Part shown: positions 27,612-36,756 of the stretch, piece by piece
Position numbering within the stretch: the first letter of the stretch is position 1
Layout of the letters: every line of letters begins with the position of its first letter
DNA from: a bacterium
Lineage (GTDB): Bacteria; Patescibacteriota; Minisyncoccia; Moranbacterales; GWC2-37-73
Length of the DNA: 51,332 nucleotides
Reading direction: 5' to 3'
Assembly (NCBI GenBank): GCA_003251635.1
Contig: QKEW01000012.1
Location: 1-51,332, forward strand
Program-made: the position numbers and the translations under genes
Notes under the pieces: generated by a model
Databases searched by the model: none
The model's input: only the letters and a program-made list of their open reading frames with translations
Told to the model about the DNA's origin: nothing

Positions 27612-27648
27612 CCTCACCTTAGCCCTTTCCCTGCTAGGGAGAGGGGGA
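27612..27648 (+). repeat. BoxC-like pyrimidine tract plus hairpin element
   Basis: CCTCACCTTAGCCCTTTCCCTGCTAGGGAGAGGGGG resembles the CCCTCACCCTAACCCTCTCCC...GGGAGAGGG dispersed repeat; single copy in this window. Confidence 0.5.
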
Positions 27649-27718
27649 ATCAGAATTTTTTTGCAAATCCATCGTACTAAAAAACTAAAAACCTATGAGC
27701 TAAAACCTGCCAGACTGC

Positions 27719-27747
27719 TTGACAACTGGCTGATTTTTTGCTACAAT
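27719..27747 (+). promoter_or_regulatory. Sigma70 promoter of the polysaccharide locus
   Basis: TTGACA-17 bp-TACAAT with an extended TG; implies the real start of the next gene lies downstream. Confidence 0.8.
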
Positions 27748-27792
27748 AGAATGTTAAAAAACATTGATTCTAAGCGTTATTTCTTGAATTTA

Positions 27793-28986
27793 ATGAGCGA
27801 AAAAAATCGAAAAAAATTACTCAATTTTCAAAGCCGTTTGCAAAAGCGGATTTTGGTGGTGGGTATAATTTTTACTTTGACTGCCGGCTTTATTTTCCGT
27901 GATGCTTTTAATGAATATGAAGCTCGCATTCAAATGGTAGCTGCCAGCAAGAATGCAGAACTTTCGGATCAGATGGAAGCAGTGTCTGAAAATTTGATTG
28001 AATTTCCCAAGACCTTGGCTTTCTATGAAAGGCTTTTGAAAAATAACCCAAACATTCAAGATGGTTTTGAAGATTTGAGTGCGCGTGAACGCAAAAAACT
28101 TTGGAACGATCAAATTGAAACTTCTGGACGGATTGTTAACAATCGAGCCTGGCTTAGCTTGTCAGTTTTCAGTCGGAAAGCTGCTAACGCCGATGCTTTG
28201 TCTGAAAAAGTGGCTGATAGCTTGATTGAAGTGATGGGAAATTTTTATGACACTGATAAAGATTTGGCTTTGGCGGTTGTAGAAGGCCCGATTGTTTATT
28301 CAGTAAATCGTCATTGGATCAAAGTCGGTTTGCTTTCAATTTTGATCGGATTTTTAGCCTCATTGATTTTGAATTTAATTTTAGAGGGTTGGGAAAAACA
28401 AAATAGAGAATCAAAAAGTTTTTTTCAAAAATCACTTTTGAATTTGCAAGAAAAAATCATTGCCAAAAATTCTTTATCTCAAAATATGGTAGCAACAACC
28501 GACGTACCCTATAGTTTTGATGATCGACAAAAAGCTGAAGAAAAAAACATCCAAACGGATGAGAATTATTTTGCTGACAAAAAAATTGCCGATCAAGGTA
28601 AAAGTGCTGCAGCTCCGGATAATCTGCCAATTTTTGAAGAGATTCCTGGTTTGACCTTTCAAACTGAGCCGATTGTTGAGAAACAAGAAAATATTGAAAT
28701 TGAAAAAGAGGAAAATATCACACCGATCAAAGAAGAATCGGAAATTGAAAAATTGGAAACAAAAGAAGATGTGATGGAGATGCCTAATTTCCAATCCGAA
28801 GAAACTTTTGGTTTGCCGGACAATTTGCCAACGGCACCGGACAGCTTGCTGGGAAATTTGCCGGTGGCAGAGGTCGAAGAAAAAGAGGAGAAGGAACCTG
28901 ATTTTATTGAAATGAAAGACAATGAACCGACAGCTCAGGAAATGAAAGATCGATTGAACAAACTTTTGCGAGGAGATCTGCCCTAG
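27793..28986 (+). CDS. Wzz/CpsC-like polysaccharide co-polymerase with long acidic tail
   Basis: Two TM segments flanking an ~135-aa external domain; Glu-rich tail with PDNLP repeats; first gene of the sugar locus. Confidence 0.55.
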   Translation: MSEKNRKKLLNFQSRLQKRILVVGIIFTLTAGFIFRDAFNEYEARIQMVAASKNAELSDQMEAVSENLIEFPKTLAFYERLLKNNPNIQDGFEDLSARERKKLWNDQIETSGRIVNNRAWLSLSVFSRKAANADALSEKVADSLIEVMGNFYDTDKDLALAVVEGPIVYSVNRHWIKVGLLSILIGFLASLILNLILEGWEKQNRESKSFFQKSLLNLQEKIIAKNSLSQNMVATTDVPYSFDDRQKAEEKNIQTDENYFADKKIADQGKSAAAPDNLPIFEEIPGLTFQTEPIVEKQENIEIEKEENITPIKEESEIEKLETKEDVMEMPNFQSEETFGLPDNLPTAPDSLLGNLPVAEVEEKEEKEPDFIEMKDNEPTAQEMKDRLNKLLRGDLP

Positions 28987-29019
28987 GGATTAGTATTTTT
29001 AATTTTTCTGTTAAAACAG

Positions 29020-30381
29020 ATGGCAAAGAAATATAGTAAAAAATTCTGGTTTATTTTTTGGACCCTTTCAATAATTTTCTTGATTAGTTGGCATTTTTTT
29101 TGGCAATTTCAAAGTCGTGGAATTGGGGCATTGGCTCCAGCTTTGGATTTCGTACCTTTTCTAGGTGAGGAAGGGGAAAAATATCAACAAGCTGCCAAGA
29201 TCGCTGATTATTTTTTGCAAAAAGATGATCAGGAGCGAAATTATTTAATTCTTTTTGAAAACAATCTTGAATTGAGACCAGGCGGTGGTTTTTTGGGCGC
29301 GTTTGCTTTGGTGAAAATAAAAAATGGTCAAATTGTTTCTTTGCAAGTTTTGGACAGTGGCAATTTTGATTGTCAAATTCCAGAAGGAATCGATCCGCCT
29401 TACCCGATGATCAGCAAATTAGGAATTGATTCTTGGAATTTTTCCAATTCCAATTATTCGCCTGACTTTGCTGTTGATGCTCAAAAGGCTATAGAATTTT
29501 ATCACCTAGGCGGTGGCCAAGAAAATTTCGATGGAGTGATTGGAATAACAGCTGATGTTTTGAAATCAGTCCTGAAAATTACCGGGCCGATTCAGTTGGA
29601 AGATTACCCGGGAATTTATGATAGCGAGAATGCGGTGATTACCTTGGAATATCAAGTGGAGCAAGCTTTTGAAAATCAGGGAATTGAACGGAGTGACCGC
29701 AAATCAGTGATTGGGGAATTGGCTAAGGAGTTAAGAGGGGAAGTGGCCAATCTTTCTTTGAGCGGAAAAATGAAATTGGCCAAGATATTGTTGGAAGATT
29801 TGGAGGAAAAAAATATTCAACTTTATTTTTCTCAGGACGAAATGCAAGAAGTGGTGGTTGAGTCAGCTTGGGGTGGTCAAGTCGATCAGAATTGGCAAAA
29901 TGATTTCTTGATGATGGTAGATGCCAATCTGGGGTCTTTCAAAAGCGATTACTACATTGATCGCCAAGGTGAATATTTTGTTGATTTTTCCGGAGAGACT
30001 CCGAAGGCTCGCTTGTTGATTCGCTATCGTCACAATGCTAAGCAAAAAGATTGGATGACTCGGGATTATTATTCTTATTTGCGAGTCTATGTGCCTGAAG
30101 GTGCTTGGCTGGAAAAGTGGTATAATCTAGAAAACATTCGCTTTGGTCAAGAACTGGGCAAAAAATTTTTTGCCGGTGACGTGAATGTGCCAATTGGAGA
30201 AGAAAAGGTTGTCTTGTTGGAATATTCTTTGCCGGAAAACATTTCGGCTGAGAATTACGTTTTAAAGATCCAAAAACAACTGGGAATTTCTCAGCTGCCA
30301 ATTTTGATTCATATCATTGATCAAGATGGCAGTCAGTCAGATGAGGAGGTTTGGGTTAAGGGCGATAGGGTCGTTGAATAG
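29020..30381 (+). CDS. DUF4012-family membrane-anchored protein
   Basis: YLILFENNLELRPGGGFLG, NSNYSPDF, DGVIGI, DANLGSFKSD and YLRVYVPEGA motifs. Confidence 0.8.
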   Translation: MAKKYSKKFWFIFWTLSIIFLISWHFFWQFQSRGIGALAPALDFVPFLGEEGEKYQQAAKIADYFLQKDDQERNYLILFENNLELRPGGGFLGAFALVKIKNGQIVSLQVLDSGNFDCQIPEGIDPPYPMISKLGIDSWNFSNSNYSPDFAVDAQKAIEFYHLGGGQENFDGVIGITADVLKSVLKITGPIQLEDYPGIYDSENAVITLEYQVEQAFENQGIERSDRKSVIGELAKELRGEVANLSLSGKMKLAKILLEDLEEKNIQLYFSQDEMQEVVVESAWGGQVDQNWQNDFLMMVDANLGSFKSDYYIDRQGEYFVDFSGETPKARLLIRYRHNAKQKDWMTRDYYSYLRVYVPEGAWLEKWYNLENIRFGQELGKKFFAGDVNVPIGEEKVVLLEYSLPENISAENYVLKIQKQLGISQLPILIHIIDQDGSQSDEEVWVKGDRVVE

Positions 30382-30426
30382 TTTTTTTGTAAACTCATAA
30401 CTTTAGCGGGAGGAGAGGGTAGGACC

Positions 30427-30726
30427 ATGAACAATACCCTAAAAGTCATATTTTATTTTGATAGCCTAAAGCCATCTCTGGCCAAGGATCTGAGAATTTC
30501 CTTGGGTGCCAAAATCTTTAAAGAAGGTATTTTAAACAGAGACGAGACTTTATTTAGAGCAACATGTGTTCATGTTGATCCTCCTAGTGCTTTCATTGAT
30601 GGGGCTGGTGAAGCACGCAATCTTGCAAAGATGAAGCTGTTGAATGACTTTGTCTTTGGAGATGAACTTGGGTGTGAAATAACCAAAATATTCGATGAGA
30701 AGGGTGTTCTACTAATAGTTGAGTGA
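30427..30726 (+). CDS. Hypothetical protein (ORFan insert)
   Basis: 99 aa; strong SD GGAGG; has its own terminator. Confidence 0.65.
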   Translation: MNNTLKVIFYFDSLKPSLAKDLRISLGAKIFKEGILNRDETLFRATCVHVDPPSAFIDGAGEARNLAKMKLLNDFVFGDELGCEITKIFDEKGVLLIVE

Positions 30727-30740
30727 GCGCCAATTTCTTT

Positions 30741-30776
30741 AAACCGCCGTATTGCAGTTGCAGTGCGGCGGTTTTT
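30741..30776 (+). terminator. Intrinsic terminator
   Basis: AAACCGCCGTATTGC / GCAGTGCGGCGGTTT followed by a T tract. Confidence 0.8.
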
Positions 30777-30832
30777 GCTTTTTATAGGGGCCTGTAGTAA
30801 AATTAAGTACGATTTATTATCAACTCACAAGT

Positions 30833-31378
30833 ATGGAATTTCAAAAAACTACACTGAAAGATGCTTTTTTAGTTAAGTCACAAGTTTTTCAGGATGAGCG
30901 AGGATTTTTTCTGGAAAACTATTCCAAACAAAAATTTCAAGCAGCCGGAATCGAGGTGGATTTTGTGCAAGACAATCATTCTTTGTCGGTCAAAAAAGGA
31001 GTTCTCCGTGGATTGCATTTTCAAAAAGGCAGCGATGCTCAAGCTAAATTGGTACGCGTGACCAAAGGTGCAGTCTATGATGTGATTGTTGATTTACGCA
31101 AGGATTCCCCAACTTTTGGAAAATGGGAAGGGTTCACTTTGACAGCTGAGAATTTTTTGATGCTTTTTGTGCCGCGCGGCTTTGCTCATGGCTTTTGCAC
31201 CCTGGAAGAAAACAGTGAATTTCAATATAAGTGTGATAATTTTTATGTGCCGCAAAGTGAAGGCGGAGTCATTTGGAATGATCCGACTCTAAAAATCGAT
31301 TGGCCAGTTGAAAACCCGATTTTATCAGAAAAAGATCAAAAAAATCCGACCTGGAAAGAATTTGTGCAAAACGTATAG
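30833..31378 (+). CDS. rmlC: dTDP-4-dehydrorhamnose 3,5-epimerase
   Basis: DERGFF, VQDNHSLS, GVLRGLHFQ, DLRKDSPTFG and GFAHGF motifs. Confidence 0.97.
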   Translation: MEFQKTTLKDAFLVKSQVFQDERGFFLENYSKQKFQAAGIEVDFVQDNHSLSVKKGVLRGLHFQKGSDAQAKLVRVTKGAVYDVIVDLRKDSPTFGKWEGFTLTAENFLMLFVPRGFAHGFCTLEENSEFQYKCDNFYVPQSEGGVIWNDPTLKIDWPVENPILSEKDQKNPTWKEFVQNV

Positions 31379-31520
31379 CGCATAACCCATAGCGTAAAAC
31401 GCATAGCGCGTAGCTTATAATGTGGAATATGGAGCGTTTCGTGCTAAATGTCTAGTGCTTTATGATTTATAATCTAACTAAAAGTTGACAACCTAAATAA
31501 TCTAACAACTAAGAGCTACT
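31373..31520. repeat. Degenerate heptamer tandem repeats with an inverted arm
   Basis: GTATAGC GCATAAC CCATAGC GTAAAAC GCATAGC GCGTAGC..., then GCTAAAT/GCTTTAT units and CTAAC/CTAAA units. Confidence 0.6.
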
Positions 31521-31523
31521 TCT

Positions 31524-32528
31524 ATGAAATTATTAGTCACTGGTGGAGCCGGTTTTATTGGTTCCAATTTTATCCACTACATTTTGAAAAAGCATGAAAA
31601 TTGGGAGGTGATCAATTTGGACGCATTAACTTATGCTGGAAATTTGGAGAACCTGAAAAGCTTGGAAAATGATTCACGCCATCAATTTATTAGAGGCGAC
31701 ATTTGTGACGCTAAGCTTGTTAATGGGCTGGTAAAAGAGTGCGATGCCATTGTTCATTTTGCAGCCGAATCGCACGTTGATCGCTCCATTTTGGATCCAG
31801 CTGCTTTCATCAAAACCAATATTGTCGGAACCTACACCTTACTGGAGGCGGCTCGTCAAAATGGTGGAAAAAGATTTCATCATATTTCAACCGATGAAGT
31901 TTTTGGATCTTTGAATTCGGATGAGCCGGCTTTCAGTGAAGAAACAGCTTATGACCCACAAAGTCCTTATAGTGCCGCCAAGGCCTCTTCAGATCATTTG
32001 GTGCGAGCCTATTTTCACACTTTCAATTTGCCGATCACTATTTCTAATTGCTCTAATAATTACGGACCTTTTCATTTTCCGGAAAAATTAATACCTTTGG
32101 CCATTACCAATTTAATGGAGGATAAAAAAATTCCGGTTTATGGTGATGGACTACAGATTCGCGATTGGCTTTTTGTGGAAGATCATTGTGAGGCAATTGA
32201 TTTGATTTTGGAAAAAGGTGAACTGGGTGAAACCTATTGTATTGGAGGCAATTCGGAAAAAACCAACCTTGAGGTTGTTAAGGAGATTCTAGCTATTTTG
32301 AAAAAAGACGAAGATTTGATTGAGTTTGTTAAAGATCGAGCAGGTCATGATCGCCGTTACGCTATTGATGCAACCAAAATCAAAAAGCAGTTGGGTTGGC
32401 AACCCCGAGTTTCTTTTGAGGAAGGTTTGGCGCAAACAATTAAGTGGTTTGAGCAAAACCAAAACTGGTGGCAGAAAATAAAAAGTGGTGAATATCAAAA
32501 ATATTACGAAAAACAGTATAAAAATTAA
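31524..32528 (+). CDS. rmlB: dTDP-glucose 4,6-dehydratase
   Basis: GGAGFIG, HFAAESHVDRSI, STDEVFG, YSAAK and GHDRRY motifs. Confidence 0.97.
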   Translation: MKLLVTGGAGFIGSNFIHYILKKHENWEVINLDALTYAGNLENLKSLENDSRHQFIRGDICDAKLVNGLVKECDAIVHFAAESHVDRSILDPAAFIKTNIVGTYTLLEAARQNGGKRFHHISTDEVFGSLNSDEPAFSEETAYDPQSPYSAAKASSDHLVRAYFHTFNLPITISNCSNNYGPFHFPEKLIPLAITNLMEDKKIPVYGDGLQIRDWLFVEDHCEAIDLILEKGELGETYCIGGNSEKTNLEVVKEILAILKKDEDLIEFVKDRAGHDRRYAIDATKIKKQLGWQPRVSFEEGLAQTIKWFEQNQNWWQKIKSGEYQKYYEKQYKN

Positions 32529-32650
32529 GCCAATTAAAGCAAATTGGGGAGCTAATTTTGGATGAATGGCTTATTGAGGTGATTTTGGCAAAAAATTGGT
32601 TACATGTTAATATCGGAGTGACTGATTAAAATAATTTTTTACTTAAATTA

Positions 32651-33604
32651 ATGAAAGAAAAAGTCTTGATTATTGGATCAAAGGGTATGTTGGGGCAGGA
32701 ACTGGTAAAAACTTTGGAAAAAGATGGCAAGTATATTGTGACAGCTTGGGATCAAGAAGATATTGATGTAACTGATTTTAAAAAATTTAATCAAAAAGTT
32801 CGAGAGTTAAGCCCGGAAATTATTTTCAATGCAGCCGCCTACAATGCAGTTGATCTTTGCGAGGAGGATCCTAAAGAATATGAAAAAGCTCAAATTTTGA
32901 ATTCTGAGACGCCGGGTAATTTAGCCAAAATTGCCAAGGAAATTGGCGCTGTTTTGATTCATTACTCATCGGACTATGTTTTTTCCGGAATGCCGGAAAT
33001 TGTTGAGCCCAGTGGTTGTACTGGAATGTGCGCCTCTTGTACCTTGCATCAGGGCTTGGAATCCCAAATTGGTTTTCGGGAAGATGATCAACCTGACCCG
33101 GTTCAAAAATATGGTCAGACAAAATTGGAGGGAGAAAAAAATGTTCAAAAATTTGGAGAAAAATTTTACATCATCCGATTGTCTAAACTTTTCGGTCAAC
33201 CAGCTCAAAGCAGCAAAGCTAAAAAGAGTTTTTTTCAGACTATGTTGGAGATCGGACAAAAAGCTCAAAAGGATGGAACGCCTGTTAGGGCAGTGGATGA
33301 AGAAGCATCTTGCTTTACTTATGCGCCGGATTTAGCTCAAAAAAGCTTGGAGATCCTACAAAAACAAAAACCATTTGGAATTTATCATGTGACCAATAGT
33401 GATTATTGCACTTGGTATGAAGCCGTATTAGAATTGTATAAACAGGCTGGATTAGAAAAAGTTGAAGTTATCCCGGTTTCCGGCATTGAATTTTCTCGTT
33501 CGGCGGCTCGTCCCTACATTTCAATCTTGATTAATACCAAACTGGAGCCCTTGCGAAGTTTCAAAGAAGCTTTGAAAGATTTTTTAAACGAAATAGAAAA
33601 ATGA
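32651..33604 (+). CDS. rmlD: dTDP-4-dehydrorhamnose reductase with Cys/His insert
   Basis: GSKGMLG, NAAAYNAVD, SSDYVFSG, YGQTK and AARP motifs. Confidence 0.92.
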   Translation: MKEKVLIIGSKGMLGQELVKTLEKDGKYIVTAWDQEDIDVTDFKKFNQKVRELSPEIIFNAAAYNAVDLCEEDPKEYEKAQILNSETPGNLAKIAKEIGAVLIHYSSDYVFSGMPEIVEPSGCTGMCASCTLHQGLESQIGFREDDQPDPVQKYGQTKLEGEKNVQKFGEKFYIIRLSKLFGQPAQSSKAKKSFFQTMLEIGQKAQKDGTPVRAVDEEASCFTYAPDLAQKSLEILQKQKPFGIYHVTNSDYCTWYEAVLELYKQAGLEKVEVIPVSGIEFSRSAARPYISILINTKLEPLRSFKEALKDFLNEIEK

Positions 33605-33691
33605 TATAACAAGAAAAAATGAATTTTGAAAAATTGTGATAAATTCTAAGCCCATATTTGTCAATGTCATTTTATCTATTAATTTAAAAAT

Positions 33692-34972
33692 ATGATTTTA
33701 AATAACTTAAAGAAACAAGACCCTAAGATCTACCGAGCGGTTATTGGTGAAATTAGAAGGCAGCAAGAAGAACTTGTTTTGATTGCTTCGGAAAATTATT
33801 CCTCCCAAAATTCTTTAGAAGTCATGGGAACGCCTTTAAGTAATAAATATTCTGAAGGATATCCAGGTAAGAGATATTATGCTGGCAATAAATTTATTGA
33901 TCAAGTCGAGCAGGAAGCCATTGATCGAGCTAAAAAATTGTTTGGAGCTGAGCATGCAAACGTTCAGCCGCACAGCGGATCACAAGCTAACCAGGCGGTT
34001 TATTTAGCCTTGCTAAAACCGGGCGATAAAGTTTTGGGCCTCGATTTGGGCAGTGGCGGTCATTTAACGCATGGATCCAAAGTGAATGCTTCTGGCAAGA
34101 TATACGAATTTCATTCTTACGGGGTTGATCCTAAAACTGAAAAATTAGATTACGATCAAATTGAAAAAATTGCGCTGGAGATTAAGCCTAAATTAATTGT
34201 TTGCGGTGCGACTGCCTATCCATTCAAAATTAATTTTAAGAAATTTCGTCAAATTGCCGATAAAGCCGGATCTTACTTGATGGCTGACATTGCACATATT
34301 GCCGGATTAGTGGTGGCTGGATTGCATCCGCATCCTTTTCCTCATGCTGATGTGGTAACAACCACAACCCACAAAACTTTACGTGGTCCACGCAGCGGTC
34401 TGATTTTATGCAAAAAAAATGATCGTTTTGACTTGGAAGGCAGGGCTGATTTGGCAACGAAAATAGACAGAGCGGTTTTTCCTGGTTTGCAAGGAGGACC
34501 TTTAGATCATGTTATTGCCGCTAAAGCCATCATTTTTAAAGAAGCTATGCGAGCAGATTTTCGCAAATACCAACAGCGGATTTTGAAAAACACCCAAGCT
34601 ATGGTAAATGAATTTAAAAAAGAAAATGTTCGTTTGGTTGGAGGGGGCAGTGAAAATCATTTAATTTTGATGGATTTGTCAGATTTGCAAGTTGGTTCAA
34701 CTAAAATTCAAAATGCCTTGGAAGAAGCCGGGATTCATCTTAATAGAAATTCAATTCCTTTTGACAAGAGGTCGCCTTTTGATCCATCCGGATTGCGCTT
34801 GGGAACTGCGGCCATTACAACTCGTGGGTTTCGGGAAAAAGAAAGCGCTTTGGTGGCTCAAATGATAATAGAGGCAATAAAAAACTGGGAAAATAAGAGC
34901 AAACTTTTGGAAATTAAAAAAAGGGTTAAAGAACTTTGTAAAAAATTTCCAATTTATTCGAATTTAAAATAA
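33692..34972 (+). CDS. glyA: Serine hydroxymethyltransferase
   Basis: LIASEN, NKYSEGYPGKRYY, GGHLTHG, TTTTHKTLRGPR and SGLRLGT motifs. Confidence 0.98.
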   Translation: MILNNLKKQDPKIYRAVIGEIRRQQEELVLIASENYSSQNSLEVMGTPLSNKYSEGYPGKRYYAGNKFIDQVEQEAIDRAKKLFGAEHANVQPHSGSQANQAVYLALLKPGDKVLGLDLGSGGHLTHGSKVNASGKIYEFHSYGVDPKTEKLDYDQIEKIALEIKPKLIVCGATAYPFKINFKKFRQIADKAGSYLMADIAHIAGLVVAGLHPHPFPHADVVTTTTHKTLRGPRSGLILCKKNDRFDLEGRADLATKIDRAVFPGLQGGPLDHVIAAKAIIFKEAMRADFRKYQQRILKNTQAMVNEFKKENVRLVGGGSENHLILMDLSDLQVGSTKIQNALEEAGIHLNRNSIPFDKRSPFDPSGLRLGTAAITTRGFREKESALVAQMIIEAIKNWENKSKLLEIKKRVKELCKKFPIYSNLK

Positions 34973-34977
34973 CAACT

Positions 34978-35838
34978 ATGTCAAAAATTACAGAGAGAAA
35001 AATGAAAGGAATTATTCTAGCTGGAGGTTCTGCCAGTCGCTTGCTTCCTTTAACCATCACTACTTCCAAACAACTTTTGCCGGTATATGATTATCAGATG
35101 ATTTTTTACCCGTTGAACACTTTGATAAAAGCCGGGATAAAGGACATATTCATAATAGTGGCGCCTAACCATAGTGGGCAATTTTTGAATTTGCTGGGCT
35201 CAATTTTTAAGGAATTTGGCATAAATATTTATTTTGAAGTTCAAAAGGTTCCACGGGGATTGGCCGACGCATTTGTTATGGCTGAGACTTTTCTGGGTGA
35301 TGACAATGCTACCTTGATTTTGGGGGATAATATATTTGAAGATGAATTTTCGGAACAAATAAAAAACTTCAAGTCTGGTGGGCACGTTTTTGCAAAAAAG
35401 GTTTCTGATCCGGAAAGATTTGGCGTTGTAAAATTTGACGAAAACGGTAAGGCTGTGGAGGTTTTGGAAAAACCCACAGAATGGATAAGTGATTTTGCTT
35501 TGACTGGTTTATATGTTTTTGATAAGAATGTTTCAAAGATGGCAAATAATTTGAAACCCTCGAGCAGAGGGGAAATTGAGATAATAGATATTATTAAACG
35601 CTATCTAGAAAATGGAGAATTGTCGGTATCCGTATTGGAGGGAGCCTGGTTGGACGCGGGAACTTTTGATTCTTTATTGGATGCCAGCAACGTGGTGAAG
35701 GAGAGGGGAATTTCAAGAAAATTTCATCCAATAGTAAAAGAAGCCGTGGAGATGTTTAATAAGGAATTAAAGTATAGATTAAAAAAGGATTTGGAAGCAC
35801 ATAATCTATATTTGCGTGGAGAATTAAATGAGGATTAA
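34978..35838 (+). CDS. rmlA: Glucose-1-phosphate thymidylyltransferase
   Basis: GIILAGG..RL, SKQLLPVYD, LGDNIF, EKP, RGEIEI and WLDAGT motifs. Start may be at 35002. Confidence 0.9.
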   Translation: MSKITERKMKGIILAGGSASRLLPLTITTSKQLLPVYDYQMIFYPLNTLIKAGIKDIFIIVAPNHSGQFLNLLGSIFKEFGINIYFEVQKVPRGLADAFVMAETFLGDDNATLILGDNIFEDEFSEQIKNFKSGGHVFAKKVSDPERFGVVKFDENGKAVEVLEKPTEWISDFALTGLYVFDKNVSKMANNLKPSSRGEIEIIDIIKRYLENGELSVSVLEGAWLDAGTFDSLLDASNVVKERGISRKFHPIVKEAVEMFNKELKYRLKKDLEAHNLYLRGELNED

Positions 35839-35894
35839 TAAAAATTGTTTTTTTGTTTTATAATTTTAACAAAGCAAAATCTTTCTAGTGCGAT

Positions 35895-36722
35895 ATGGAA
35901 AAAAAACTAACTATTGCCATTCTAGATTACAAAAAGGCTAATCGAGTGATTGAAAATGTAAGTTTTTTATTAAATCAAAAAACAAGTTTTGGTTTTGATG
36001 TTATTGTAGTGGATAATTCTTGCGATGAAAAAAATGCCCAAATTTTGAAAAACAATATTGATAGAAATAAAATTAAACTAGTAATAAATTCAAAAAATAC
36101 CGGCTATACAAAAGCTTATAATGATATTGCCGAAAAAATATCCGGGGATTATTTTCTTATTCTTAATCCCGATATTTTATTAAAGCAATCTGATGCTTTG
36201 CAGAAAATGGTTGAGTATATGGATGCCAATGCGGATGTGGGGGTTTTGGGTCCAAAACAGGAGAACGATTCCGGTGAATTAGCTATGACTGTCAGAGCTT
36301 TTCCAAGATTTTACGTGCAAGTTGCCAGAAGAACGTTCTTGCGTCATTTGTTCTGGTTTAAGGAAAAAGTGGCCTACGACGAAATGCATCATTTCAATTA
36401 CAATAAAATTCAAGAAGTTGACTGGTTGCAGTCTTCCTGTTTCATAACTAGAACCAGTTTGTGGAATTTATTGGGAGGTTTCAATGAGGATTATTTTCTT
36501 TTCATGGCTGATGCCGAATTTTGTTTGGAATCTTGGAAAAAAGGTTTTAAAGTTGTTTATTATCCCGAGGTATCCGTACTGGCTGACGGAAGAAGATTAA
36601 GCGCGGGAGGTCTTAAAACTTTCTTTCAAAGTTGGATTCTCCGACAGCATGTAAAGGATTCTTTGCGATATAGTTGGAATCACTTGGGAAAAGTTAATCC
36701 CAGAAAAAATCTCGGAAACTAG
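35895..36722 (+). CDS. GT2 glycosyltransferase (rhamnosyltransferase-like)
   Basis: VVDN, LNPD and GGFNEDYFLF motifs. Confidence 0.88.
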   Translation: MEKKLTIAILDYKKANRVIENVSFLLNQKTSFGFDVIVVDNSCDEKNAQILKNNIDRNKIKLVINSKNTGYTKAYNDIAEKISGDYFLILNPDILLKQSDALQKMVEYMDANADVGVLGPKQENDSGELAMTVRAFPRFYVQVARRTFLRHLFWFKEKVAYDEMHHFNYNKIQEVDWLQSSCFITRTSLWNLLGGFNEDYFLFMADAEFCLESWKKGFKVVYYPEVSVLADGRRLSAGGLKTFFQSWILRQHVKDSLRYSWNHLGKVNPRKNLGN

Positions 36723-36756
36723 GAGCTTTTAGAAAAAATTTAATTTAAGAAAATTG

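Noticed and set aside
27661-27792. N-terminal extension of the Wzz-like ORF
   Set aside because: Contains a consensus promoter, so the real start is most likely ATG 27793.
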